Part shown: positions 24,122-37,002 of the stretch, in pieces | Layout of the letters: each line of letters starts with the position of its first letter | Numbering within the stretch: the first letter of the stretch is position 1 | Assembly: GCA_951406725.2 (NCBI GenBank) | Contig: OX597839.1 | Coordinates: 30,504,001 to 30,568,000, forward strand | Reading direction: 5' to 3' | From: Octopus vulgaris | Lineage: Eukaryota | DNA: 64,000 nt | Position numbers and translations under genes: made by a program | The notes under the pieces: model-generated | Database searches by the model: none | The model's input: only the letters and a program-made list of their open reading frames with translations | Told to the model about the DNA's origin: nothing

Positions 24122-24889
24122 CTGGGAGAAAAATAGAAAAATAAATGTTTCGATCAATTCTCGCTGTTTTCTATACTCCTATCATTGAGTTATTTAATTC
24201 GAGCCATGTTCATCCCCACCGTAGCTAATCCTGTCTCCGGGTGGCCCAGTTATTCTCTAACCAATCCTACTTCTACATAGCAATGTCATAGCTTTCTTTG
24301 TTCACATTTCATTGGAAACTCATCCTCTATTTATGTACAGCACTGTGTAAATTAGAAGAATTGAAATAAATTTAAATATTGGTTTCAAATTTTGACCCAA
24401 GGCCAGCAAATTCAGGGGAGGGGATTAAGTCGATTACATTGACTTCAATGCTCAGTTGGTACTTATTTTATCGATCGTGAAAGGATGAAAGGCAAAGTCG
24501 ATCTCGGCGGAATTTGAACTCAGAGCATAAAGACAGACGAAATGCCGTTATGACCGGTGACTTAACGATTCTGTCAGCTCACCGCTTTAAAGATTTTAAT
24601 ATTATAAAGGTTAAGTGTAGGTTACATAAGAATGTAAATACATTCTTTCTTTACAATTTGATGTACGGTGGGGGTGGGGGGACAGGGTTAAGTTTCTTGA
24701 CGGACCATTTTCACGATTTCTTATCCGTTCCCCTGAGAAGACTTTCTAGCTTTCTTTCCCTGCTTATTTTTGTTCTTCTTGGTTACACTTTCATTCGTTC
24801 AACTCTAAATTCCTCTATATTTCATATCTGCCTCAATTATGAATGCATTGATATGAAAAAAAAATATAAAAAAATAGGGATCTAGGGGC

Positions 24890-26760
24890 CGTCTGTTTGT
24901 GGTTTTGATTGACGCCAGTTTCCAGATGATGTCTGCAGTGAAGCTTAGTCCAATAGCAAAGATTCCGAGACGATTGAAGACAGAAAACTGTTGAAGCTAC
25001 CAACCACCATCACAGTGTTGAAGGTATGTGACCCAGCCCCGCCTCTTCCGCTGGACTTCACCATAAACTTGATGAAGGTGGGGAGGCAACGGAAGATGTT
25101 AGTTCATTGTTCATCTAAGTTACGTATTCTGTATTCTGTTTACGTATACAACCTTCCACATAGAGATTTATGAGTGTGCCGTCCTCTTCTGCATTCTCAG
25201 AAAGTTATATTTTAATATATATAAGTTCAAAACCATCCATCCATCCATCCATCCATCTATCTCTCCCTCCCTCCCTCCCTCCATCCATCCATGCATCCAT
25301 CCATACAGACAGACAGACAGAACTAGTCGCAACGTTCTGGTGAAACATAAGAGTGGAGTTTAGTCAGGACAAATGTTTATATTTGATTGTCAATCAAAGA
25401 AAGATTGTCGACCAAACAAGGAATATGGATGTCAGCCAATCTGTCTCCGATGAAGAACGTATCTTGAAACTGATGGGAATCTTACAGGTGTTGGTATTGT
25501 GAGTTAGAGTGGCAAAAGAATGTTCCAACAGCTTCGAAAGATATGGCAGTCATGGGTGTCTGCATTCAGTAAAACCACATTCCACAATGCTTTTGCAGAG
25601 TCAGAGCTGGTGCAACAACTGAGATATTAGGCTGGAGACTTGAAGACATCTGCGACTCGGATATCAGGAATTGAAAGATAATAACGATGATTGGTGACTT
25701 CCACGACGCCAAAGGATCCATGTTAAACGGAAGGATGGCGGCAGAGGCTTAATATCAATTTAGACGGGCTTTGTGTGCCATGTTGTGTCACTTAGACACG
25801 TCAAGAGAGAAACGAGTACATCACATGTATACTTAACAGTGAAGGTAATAACATTACGAGGTTAAGTGAAGAACTCTTCAACAGATACTCTGAGTTGACA
25901 ACAACGCCATATAAGCCAAGCGGGGCTGGACTGATCGATTTAAACAGAGATTTGGAGAGAGAAATATTCATCATATGAACAGAAAATTGTGCAAGCTAGA
26001 CAATGTCAACCTCTCCTGGACCCGTGATAAACACATTACATTTCACCCAGGAAGCTATGCCTTTGCTATACAAGGACAGGAGTTAGCTTCTAAATATCTG
26101 ATCGACAAGAGAACTCTAAATCTTCACTCTGTAATAGCAAAGGTCGATTGTGCTTTGCCAATGTGGAAGACATCGCATGTGGTCAGCAGCTGACCAAAAA
26201 TGTCCACCAGATACCATGTTTCCAGTGAGACATGACAGTGTTGCTAAAACCCTATATGCAGGAAGGATTAACCTGACAGCAATACGAAAGGCACACCAGA
26301 ATCAGGATACATCCATACCTTCGAAAATAAAGAATACTAATGGTACTCCGTCGCTTACGACGACGCGGGTTCTAGGTGATCCGATCAACGGAACAGCTTG
26401 CTCGTGAAATTAACGTGCAAATGGCTGAACACTCCACAGACATGCGCACCGTTAACATAATACTCGGGGAGATTCAGCGTGACGCAGAATATGAGAAGGT
26501 AAGCACTGCTAATTTTTGTCATCCGAGAGTGTTCTTGAGCAACAAGAACAAATGGTCTTGCTTAAGGACACGACGCACCACTGGGAATCGAACTCATGAT
26601 CTTACGATCATAAACCGAATACTCTAACTACTAAACTACGCGCCTTTACATAAAGAACACCAAATGGCACATTCTAGTAATAAAAGCAACAGCTTGGTGT
26701 AAGCATAATACACAGGTAAGACAGTGGCGGTTCGGAGACAGAATTAGGCCGGCTGCTGCT
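24890..26760 (+). mobile_element. Decayed R4/Dong-like LINE fragment (RT remnant, CCHC region), interrupted by a microsatellite and a SINE
   Basis: SYAFAIQGQELASKYL, a CRLC..EDIAHVVSS-like zinc knuckle and PVRHDSVAKTLY in ORFs 25975 and 26150. Confidence 0.7.
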
Positions 26761-27830
26761 TCAGAAAATTTTTAGCCTTTGTTTTAATATTGTGTAAAAG
26801 GAAAGAAACATAAAAAGAATATTTATACATAAACTTGATCGGTTCACATTTTAGCCACTGCCAAGGAGTGTGTTTAATTTGTTCACTGAACACCGCCGCG
26901 AATTCCCCCTTGTTTTTCACCCCCTCTCCCCACAAATCACAAAATAAATGAGGGTGGGGGATGTGCCCTATTTTTCAAATCCTGGCGGCAACGCTGAATC
27001 TGGAAGCAGGATAATAATCTAATTCTACACTTTATCACATTCAAGAACATAAACACGTTTTTAAGTACAACACACGCGGAGTCAAAAAGAAACACTACCT
27101 TTCACCAGCGTCGGCAGTGCGTGAGTCACAGTGCTCTCTCTCCCTACGCGCAGCTTCCTATCCCAGACATGTGAGCATTCGCACAACAGCCAAACACCGC
27201 GTCGCTGGAACTGTGAAGCGTACAGTTCTATACAAGGAATTTTGTATTTTTTTCATAAACTAGAAGGTGGCTACTGACATTAAGCTTAAGGTTTATATAA
27301 TGTACAAGTATGAAGAAAGAATTAAAGGTAAAAGGACTCGGTATATTGAATGTTATCGATAATATAGAGTGGAAATGGAGGAGGATGCTGCAGTTCTGCA
27401 GTGCCTCTACAATAACCGTCACTGAGGCAAGATATTATTTAGGTGGGAGGGAGCAAAAGTCATGTACTGTTGTGGTGGATTAGCTTGGCCATTGGATAGG
27501 AATGTTTCGTGAAACATTGGAGGAAAGGAGAATATTTATGGAGAACTGAGGAGAAATCAACAACTTTGAATCCAGATTCTGGATTTTCATTTGTTCTTCA
27601 TGTCATGGATGCTCTGGGCAGAAAGCTAGGAATGGTTGGGTAAACAGACTGGCAGGTTTCAAATACAATTGATTTGGAGGAGAGTGAATGTTTGTAAAAT
27701 ATTCCAGGGATTCTCCATTTGAGGTCCCTTGTCTGCACACATGTACACAGTCATATATACGTATGTCATATGGAAGACACACACACACAAATATATATAT
27801 ATATATAAGCAGGAAAGATGTTCACCTTAC

Positions 27831-27961
27831 CACTCAGTATATGAGTGCAAGTTTATCCACACACGCATCAACCAATTCAGACAACCACTCACAAACGCCC
27901 AAGAGCTGTCTTGACTTAAGCAAAAGAACCTTGTCATTTTGTTAGTGACCCGCGCTGAATC
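27831..27961 (-). CDS. Candidate internal exon of an unidentified minus-strand transcript (DSARVTNKMTRFFCLSQDSSWAFVSGCLNWLMRVWINLHSYTE..)
   Basis: On the minus strand, acceptor tatttctctgcag| and donor GTG|GTAAGG bound 131 nt that is open in phase 0 to 2. It is a unique island between microsatellites. No homolog recognised. Confidence 0.35.
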
Positions 27962-28293
27962 CTGCAGAGAAATACACACACACGCACGCACACACACGCA
28001 CGCACACACACGCACGCACACACACGCACGCACACACACGCACGCACACACACGCACGCACACACACGCACGCACCTTTTTATCCTGCGCTTGTTTCAGT
28101 CATTGGGCAGCGACCATACTGAGGGACCGTCTCGAAGGGTTTTAGTCGAACAAATCATTCCCGGAACTTATGTCTTTTTTTTTTTTAAATCTGGTACTTA
28201 TTCTGTCGGTCTTTTTGGCCGAATCGCTAAGTTACAGAGATGTAAACAAACCGAGCCTGGTTGTCAAGCGGTGGTAAGGGGGAGACAAACACA

Positions 28294-28331
<38 letters not shown>

Positions 28332-28673
28332 CGGTATGGGGTGACAATCACGGACACAAAGACTCACACACCTATACGACGGCCTTCCACGCAGTTTCCG
28401 TCTACAAAATTCATTCATACATATGTCACATATACGTTTTCATTTTTAATTCGCCCCACTCCCCTTCACTAAAAATATCAGCAACAATATTAATCTATTT
28501 CCCGTTATTTTCCTGTCGTTGTTGCTGTTTGGCCCAGGTCAGCTCTGACCAATTAAACCTGTGATCAAAGACATTCCAGTCGTGAACATCTTGTCTTCTT
28601 TTCACGCATCCTGATACCTTGAACTACTTATCCTACGCGTTCTATTTTATGCATGTCTGTCTGTCTGCTTGCC

Positions 28674-28707
<34 letters not shown>

Positions 28708-28720
28708 ACTATCTATCTAC

Positions 28721-29878
28721 GTAGACGACGGTGAACAGGTGGGGTCGCCGTTTGTGAGGCACGCTTTCCCGCAACTCGTCTCCATGACCGAACTGCAGAG
28801 GCCGAGAAAGGGCGAATGGCACCGCGAGTGTCGCGTTGCTCTCAAGCAACTATGCCGTCCCGGGTCGACCTTGAGTGACTTCAATACAACCCAAGCATTC
28901 TATAGGGGATTAGTGGGGGGGGGGGAGATACGACGACGAGCTAGGGGCGAACCTGGACGTCGACGAGGAATACCTGACCCGCCTGTTCAGGACGACTTTC
29001 GGGCCAGGGCCCATGGATAACTTCCAGAGATCCCTGGCCTGGCAGTGCTACCGAGAAGCGCTACCCGTTCGGGATAAGCTCTACAGACACGGCTCGAGAA
29101 ACACGGGGCCGACCTGCCCGAGATGCGGTCAGAGCGACGAAACCGTTCTGACGCACTCTTGCAGTGTCCAACAATTTCCGACCTGTGGGCTTATGTTGAA
29201 CAACTGCTGTCACGTGTGGGACGAGTCGGTTTATCAACCGAGTCTATCGTCAATATTGTCACGCCTCCTTCCTTCAAACGGGAAGGAAGAGCTATTTTCA
29301 TCATCCTTGTGGCTATGGCGAAAGAATGTATCTGGTGGACGCGTCTGAAAGGATTGGAGACAAACACTTTCCTCTCTGGTCAATCTCTCATCAACTTCTT
29401 CAAGTATCACTTGAAAAGGAAAGTGAGAGTAGAGAGGCAAGTTTTGTCTAGTGAATGTTTTAAAAAAAGATGGGTGAATGTAGCAAGGATGGCACGTATG
29501 AATGACGAAGCCACCTTGAGCATAATCCTATGAACCCGGAAATTTAAAACAGAGGGTTACCTACTTGCAAATAAATGTGGTAACATGTAACAATATTGAC
29601 CGAGGTTACCGTGGTCTTTTCCGTAGGCTTTTCTTCCCACGGATAAACCTTATCTCCTTCCCCCTTTACACCTTACATCATGACACTGTGATACACGATC
29701 CCTATTGATCGTTTTTTTCTTTTGTTTCTTTTCCGTTTTTTTCCTCTTCTTCTTTCCCTTTTACGATCCCTTTTGATCGAAAACCTACCCCACCTTTTTT
29801 TTTCCCAAAAAAGAAAAGCTCTACTTTGTAATCTGTTCCGTCTGTGTGCAGCCCTGTGTGGCTAATAAAGAAGCATTA
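28721..29878 (+). mobile_element. 5'-truncated Tx1/L1-clade LINE 3' end (zf-RVT region + 3' UTR)
   Basis: SLAWQCYREALPVRDKL..CPRCGQSDETV.H...QCPTISDLW..ECIWWTR. Stop at 29533, AATAAA at 29864. Flanked on both sides by (CTAT)n/(CTGT)n. Confidence 0.85.
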
Positions 29879-29969
<91 letters not shown>

Positions 29970-30324
29970 ACCATATCAATCTATCTAAGGATGTAGCTGG
30001 AGGGAGGAGGCTTGGCTGTTCTTTCTAGCAGCTCAAGCGATCCTGTTGAAATTCCCTCTTCGACGCCGTTTCTGTTGGCAATTTCAACATTGTTGATGTT
30101 ATTGTTGTTGTCAATAGCGTGGTTATTTTAATTGTAATCACTGTTGTTGTTGTTGCTGCTGTTGTTGTTAATCTGTATCGCTGAAGTGTAATATTAAGTC
30201 TTTGTCGATGAACCAACAAAGCCGCGTTGGTTCGACCGTGAAATTAGGGAATCTTTTCAATATGAACTTGACACTTTTTGGGGGAAATTCTCACCACCAA
30301 CACCTCCACCGCAATTTCCTCTAC

Positions 30325-31195
30325 CTTCTTCTATCTTCTTCTTCTTCTTCTTCTTCTTCTTCTTCTTCTTCTTCTTCTTCTTCTTCTACCTTCTTCTTCT
30401 TCTTCTTCTTCTTCTTCTTCTTCTTCTTCTTCTTCTTCTTCTTCTTCTTCTTCTTCTACCTTCTTCTTCTTCTTCTACTTTTCTTCTTCTTCTTCTTCTT
30501 CTTCTTCTTCTTCTTCTTCTTCTTCTTCTTCTTCTTCTTCTTCTTCTTCTTCTTCTTCTTCTTCTTCTTCTTCTTCTTCTTCTTCTTCTTCTTCTTCTTC
30601 TTCTTCTTCTTCTTCTTCTTCTTCTTCTTCTTCTTCTTCTTCTTCTTCTTCTTCTTCTTCTTCTTCTTCTTCTTCTTCTTCTTCTTCTTCTTCTTCTTCT
30701 TCTTCTTCTTCTTCTTCTTCTTCTTCTTCTTCTTCTTCTTCTCTTCTTCTTCTTCTTCTTCTTCTTCTTCTTCTTCTTCTTCTTCTTCTTCTTCTTCTTC
30801 TTCTTCTTCTTCTTCTTCTTCTTCTTCTTCTTCTTCTTCTTCTTCTTCTTCCTTCTTCTTCTTCTTCTTCTTCTTCTTCTTCTACCTTCTTCTTCTTCTT
30901 CTTCTTCTTCCTTCTTCTTCCTTCTTCTTCTTCTTCTTCTTCTTCTTCTTCTTCTTCTTCTTCTTCTTCTTCTTCTTCTTCTTCTTCTTCTTCCTTCTTC
31001 TTCTTCTTCCTTCTTCTTCTTCTTCTTCTTCTTCTTCCTTCTTCCTTCTTCTTCTTCTACCTTCTTCTTCTTCTTCTTCTTCTTCTTCTTCTTCTTCTTC
31101 TTCTTCCTCTACCTTCTTCTTCTACCTTCTTCTTCTTCTTCTTCTTCTTTTTCTTCTCTTCCTCTTCTTCTTCTTCTTCTTCTTCTTCTTCTTCC
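30325..31195. repeat. About 870-bp (CTT)n/(GAA)n trinucleotide tract
   Basis: Direct reading; it is the source of the spurious poly-F/S/L ORFs at 30202 and 30278. Confidence 0.98.
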
Positions 31196-31753
31196 AGTAA
31201 CACTGACTCCTTCACCCTCTATCATCACTTTTTTTTCCCGTCTTGACTCCATAATCTCTCAACTATAAACTCCTTCCGTATAATCTGCTCCCGTCGTCAC
31301 CGCCGCCGCCGCCGCCGCCACCACCATCGCCAGCCCTCCCTCCATCTCCCTATCAACCACAACTAAACTCATTGATTCTGCACACTACCACTAACTCACC
31401 CCCACCACCATCACCCCCACTCTTCCCTCCATTATACGTCACGTGCATCTACGTCCATTTTATTCCAACAATGGTCGTGGAACAGACTGTAATTGTCGCC
31501 TGTCGTCTGTCGCCTCTTTCTTCACTTCTGTCTCTCATATACAGACCAGTCCGTTGTAGATATATCTGTCTGTCATACATACCTGCCTTTAATTTACATA
31601 CCTGCCTCTCATATACATGCTTGTCTCTCTTATACATACCTGTTACACACACACACACACACACATGTACGTATGTGTGTGTTTGTGTGTGTCTATGTAT
31701 GTATGTATGTATGTATGTATGTATGTATGTATGTATGTATGTATGTATGTATG

Positions 31754-31856
<103 letters not shown>

Positions 31857-32833
31857 ATAAAGGGATTCTCGAATGCAGGATGGCTGTGAAGACTGTTTAA
31901 AAATCGGGTAAATACCTTTTAGAAGATGGAAAAAAGGGGCCAGCCTCATATATATACACAGACCTGTCTCTTATATTCGTACCTGTTCTCTTATATATAC
32001 CAGTCTGTCATATATACACGTCATTAATGAACTAACTATTGCTTATTACTTACATACACGGGTGTACATTCTTATCTGCATGTATGTTTATATATGGTTC
32101 ACATACACATACAATAGTACACATATCTACATGTTTATGCATACATGTACCTCAGAAACATCCATATATATGTACGTACGTATTAAGATACGCAACCATA
32201 TATGATGCGGCGCCACGCGTTGGGGAGGCTGGGGCACCTGCATAAATGTCTAAAAGCGATGGTGTGAACGAAAAGAAGGGTGAACTGGTGTGGGCGTCTT
32301 TCGTGTGAAGGACGTCTATCCGCAGCTCATCTCATTGACGGAGCTGTAGTCATGGGTCAAAGGTAGACCAAGATCGGGCGTTTGGCGTCTAGAATGTTGC
32401 CATGCGCTCACTGCACCCTACCAGCTGGACAAAATTTCTATAGTTGAGGGTATGAGCGACGGTGGTCTTGGATTGACTCTGGACATTGACGAGAACAGTC
32501 TGAACGGTCAAGATGTAGTTGCTGCCGTGTAGTGTGTTTATCAAAAGTTGGCCGAGAGTGGCAAGACTGGAAAGGCTGAATGGATCAACTCTGAGTATGC
32601 TTTTCTAAGTAGGAGGAAAGAAACTGGAAGATGACATTTTGTGGACTGTTTCCCCTATTGGGGCTTCTGTTTGTTTATTTCTCTAACTTCTATTTATACA
32701 TTCCTTGTTACTACAGCCTTTAATGTTGTAGTGTCTCCCTTTGATCGATGTAAACCGCCCCCTGTTTTGTCTGTTGTATCTCGTCCTTTGATATTGTCTT
32801 CCAAGTCTTGAGCTCTTATAATAACAACAACAA

Positions 32834-32881
<48 letters not shown>

Positions 32882-32952
32882 CAACAACAACAACAACAAT
32901 AATAATCATAATAATAATCATAATGATAAATTATTATTATTATTATTATTAT

Positions 32953-33885
32953 CATCTTTCAATTCTGTTTCCATTTCTTGCCGAGTGTCTTCCCGACACT
33001 TAGGGCAGAGAAACTCACTGTGTACATTGGTAGGCAATTAAAATAAACAAACCAGATTGTTCATTTACAAAGTAATGTGATTCAGAAAAAGGGGCCGAAA
33101 GACAGAGAAGAAAAGGAAAAGAAAAAATGAAAAGAAGCAAAGAAAATAAAGAGGAAAAAAGGATAGAAAATTTACATCGGCGATGCTCTTCTCAATACCA
33201 GTTAAGACACTCCTTTGCACTTCTTGCGTGGATAGTAAGCCAAGGATCATTCTTAAATAATTTTCAGTTCCTTTTCTGATCATTCCAAGTGCTCCCAAAT
33301 CACTGGTATTGTAACCGTCTTGAGATGCCATATCTTTTCGATTTCAATCAGCAAATTTTTATATTTTCTGAGCTTATCAAAATGTTTTGCCGAGATATTC
33401 TGATCGCAGGGTATGGTCATGTCAATCAATAAACAGACTTTATTGTTTTGGTCTTTCTCAACAATATCTGGTCTATTAGCTTTGATGGTCCGGTCTGTAC
33501 GTACTGGAAAATCCCAAAGAACCATTACATTTTTTCCTTCAGTTACAGCCTCAGGGTGGTGCTTATGCCATTTGTAATTTTTAAATTTTATAAAGCCGAC
33601 ATATTATCCAGTGTAGTTATTGGCCAACTCTGTCATGTCTTGACTTATACTCTACAGGTACTAAAACCTTACACCCAGAGATTAGGTGGTCCACTGTTTC
33701 AATCCCATTGTTGCAGTATCAGCACCTTGGGTCCACTCCAATTTTCATCACATTAGCTTGATAGTTCAGGGGCAATAAGCTCTGATTCTGAGCAGCCATG
33801 ATAAAGCCTTCGCTCTGCCTTTAGCCCTGAGCTCTGTAGCCACTGATGGGTGTGCTTCTAATCTACATCAGCTTGTTTGCGAAGT
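32953..33885 (-). mobile_element. R4/Dong-like LINE 3' fragment with restriction-like endonuclease domain
   Basis: LWDFPVRTDRTIKANRPDIV..CLLIDMTIP..KLRKYKNL (PD-(D/E)xK type) and GALGMI. The 3' end runs directly into (TAA)n. Confidence 0.88.
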
Positions 33886-34139
33886 TTGCGTTTTTTTTTG
33901 CGGATCTGCAATCCTGTTCTGTTCGTAGGAAGTGGAACCTCTGTTGGTGCAGTTCCACCTGGAAGAGCGGTCTTGTGCTTGCGTTTCCCAGGTGTCGGGG
34001 TCTATCTCAAAGCTGATCAGTAAGGCGTTGAGTTTCTTCGAAGCTATTTTTTGCTTGTGTGCGCTTTTGCCAGTTCTCTGTAAAACAGTCTCTTGGGGAG
34101 TCGCGTGTCAGACATTCGAACAAGGTGGCCTGCCCATCT

Positions 34140-34870
34140 GACTTGCTGAAGAGAGCAGGCAACCAACTGAGGTCAAAGACTTCTCTTAGGTCAATGGAGG
34201 CCAGAATCAGTGGTTGATTCAACTCTCGACACTTACTTTGGTGACGGTGTATTGAATCTAGCATGTCTATCATAGACCTTTTGGTGTGGAAGCCACATTC
34301 TGACTTTTTTTCGAAACTATTCGAGTGAAGAATTCGTCACCAATACTAAGGAGAGCTATGCCTCTCACTATTCCTTTCTATTAAAAACACAAGGCCTGAA
34401 ATTTTGGTGGCGGAGTCTGGACAATTGCATCAATCTCCGGGGCTCAACTGCTACTTATTTTATCGATTCAAAAAGGATTAATTATTGCAATCACTTTTGT
34501 CGCTTTTGTTCTTGTACAGAATGATAATACTAAAATGATGGAATTGAAGAACTTATGGAGTTGTTCAAACCAAATTAACTTTTCAAAATAACTGAGGTGC
34601 AATCTTTCCCCTGGTCTTCGTTTGTCGCCAACTTGGTCATAAAATTTGATGATTTTGTTTGTGGCAGAGAATTCCTCTAATTTTGAGATTAACAGGAGAC
34701 AATAGCATCCAGAATTGGTTGATGGAGAAGATTCCTTCTTGAATTTAGTCAACTCCACTCCTCCATCTCTTCAGGTTTGTCTGTGATTATTGTTCTAGAT
34801 ATGGATTGAAATCGTTTTCTTGATACCTGGACCAACAGCTTTCTTTCCTTCTCGACGTCTCTCAGGTATT
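34140..34870 (-). mobile_element. Decayed RTE-clade LINE RT fragment
   Basis: RGIALLSIG..FTRI, SECGFHTKRSMIDML..QSKCRELNQPLILASIDL..FD; interrupted by a SINE piece at about 34370-34470. Confidence 0.7.
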
Positions 34871-35061
34871 GCCTATATCATTCATTTGTTTCGTCATTAG
34901 ACTGCGGCCATGCTGGGACACCACCTTGAAGAATTTTAGTCGAACAAATCGATCTCAATACTTATTTTTAAAGTCTGGTACTTATTCTTTCGGTCACTTT
35001 TGCCGAACCGCTAAGTTACGGGGACATAAACACACGGACACCGATTGTCAAGTGGCGCGTG

Positions 35062-35098
<37 letters not shown>

Positions 35099-35888
35099 AC
35101 ACACGGCACACACTATGGCTTCTCTCAGTTTCCATCTACCAAATCCACACACAAGGTTTTGGTCGGCCCGAGGCTATGGTAGGAGACACTTATTCAAGGT
35201 GCCACGCAATGGAACTGAACCTTGAACCATGTGGTTGGGAAGCAACTTCTCATCACGCTTGTGCCTAAATATACGTGAGGTTGTTGGTGAGGGTTGGCTA
35301 GGTTGATCCAGGGGTCATAAAAACGTATTTTAGACATTTCCTGTGTCACGTGCAGCGACTTGCTTGAAATGTTTGGTGATTCCTGTAGGAAATGAGTCTT
35401 TGTAGGGTTGGCAGCAGTGGGGTGGGAGAGAGATCTAACCCGGGTTGGATTAGTGTCAGTCGCTGTAGGGTGTGATTTGGTTGCTATGTCTAGCAGGTCG
35501 AGCAACCACATTGACGAAGAAGGAGAAGAATAGCTATTAATTAAAAAAAAACCCTAATTAAACGAGATTTTGCGAGAAAACGTGATGTGAATGAGATTTG
35601 TTGTGGTCGTAAATAATGATAGAGTTGTGAATGTCATCCATATCAACGATTTGTTCTGGGTGGGGGGAGGGGAGGGGGAAAAGGACGGGAAGGACACGTA
35701 TTATTATGGTAATGACCATATATGGTAATTATAGTCACTTTGATTAAAAAGCCATGTGTAACCCAAGCTTCGGTGCACACACACGCACGCGCAGACACAA
35801 ATATGCACGCTCACAAAATCAGTTATCTACTTTTATATATAGAGATCTGAAACATGTGTATACATGCATACATACATACGCACTATAC

Positions 35889-35936
<48 letters not shown>

Positions 35937-35954
35937 GTATGTATGTATATATAT

Positions 35955-36880
35955 ACATGGTGCGTAAGATATTTGGCGACAGAGTTATGTTTATTTATTT
36001 TTAAAGGAAATAAAACCCAGATATATAATAACAGATAATAACTTTATTTTTCAAAAGATGCTGTGAGGATAAAGATGAACCTTCTCTTCTATAATGTTAT
36101 TCAATAAAGCCACCTTCAGCTTCAACAACTGCTTCTATATGAGATCTAAATCATCTACATGCTCGAATCAAGTGGTCATTATGGACATTACTCTAACTAT
36201 GGTGGAGGCGCAATGGCCCAGTGGTTAGGGCAGCGGACTCGCGGTCATAGGATCGCGGTTTCGATTCGCAGACCGGGCGTTGTGAGTGTTTATTGAGCGA
36301 AAACACCTAAAGCTCCACGCGGCTCCGGCAGCGGATGGTTGGTGATCCCTGCTGTACTCTTTCACCACAACTTTCTCTCACTCTTTCTTCCTGTTTCTGT
36401 TGTACCTGTATTTCAAAGGGCCGGCCTTGTCACTCTCTGTGTCACGCTGAATATCCCCGAGAACTACGTAAAGGGTACACGTGTCTGTGGAGTGCTCAGC
36501 CACTTACACGTTAATTTCACGAGCAGGCTGTTCCGTTGATTCGGATCGACCGGAACCCTCGTCGTCGTAACCGACGGAGTGCTTCCATTCCACTCTAACT
36601 ATGGTAGCTTTCAAAGAATCTTTGGTGTTATGGGCGTGTTCATTGACCTCTCTCTCTCAACAATGTTCCACATGTAATAGTCCCATGGATTGAGATCTGG
36701 GGAATTAGGAGGCCAAATGTTAGGGGTTATGTGATCCTGAAAATGTTCAGCCATCCATTCCTGTGTTATTAGAGCCACGTCAGATAGTGCAGTCATACTG
36801 AAACGCATATAGCCCCCCATTGCATACAGTGTCTATCCAGGGCTTAACAATAGTTGCAGGAAATTTTATATGTGCCAATA
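35955..36880 (-). mobile_element. Decayed Tc1/mariner relic interrupted by a SINE
   Basis: ORF 36611-36820 contains WMAEHFQDHITPNIWPPNSPDLNPWDYYMWNIVE. C-terminal coding remnants continue past the SINE to about 36100. Confidence 0.8.
36204..36591 (+). mobile_element. Young full-length tRNA-derived SINE with 14-bp TSD
   Basis: tRNA-like head with box A tggcccagtgg and box B gtttcgattc. Perfect TSD actctaactatggt at 36190-36203 and 36592-36605. CpGs retained. Confidence 0.9.
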
Positions 36881-37002
36881 ACGATCCCCCCCCCATTCCA
36901 TCATGCTGTCCACCATCTAATGATGCTGACCGGTGAGCCAGTTTTTCGGGGTTGCATCATGTTATACCGACATAATGTGGGATAAATATAATAATAATAA
37001 CA

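Noticed and set aside
30202-31246. 332-aa and 322-aa ORFs
   Set aside because: Translations of the (CTT)n tract.
36204-36280. tRNA gene
   Set aside because: The acceptor stem does not close and the sequence continues into a SINE body with a TSD.
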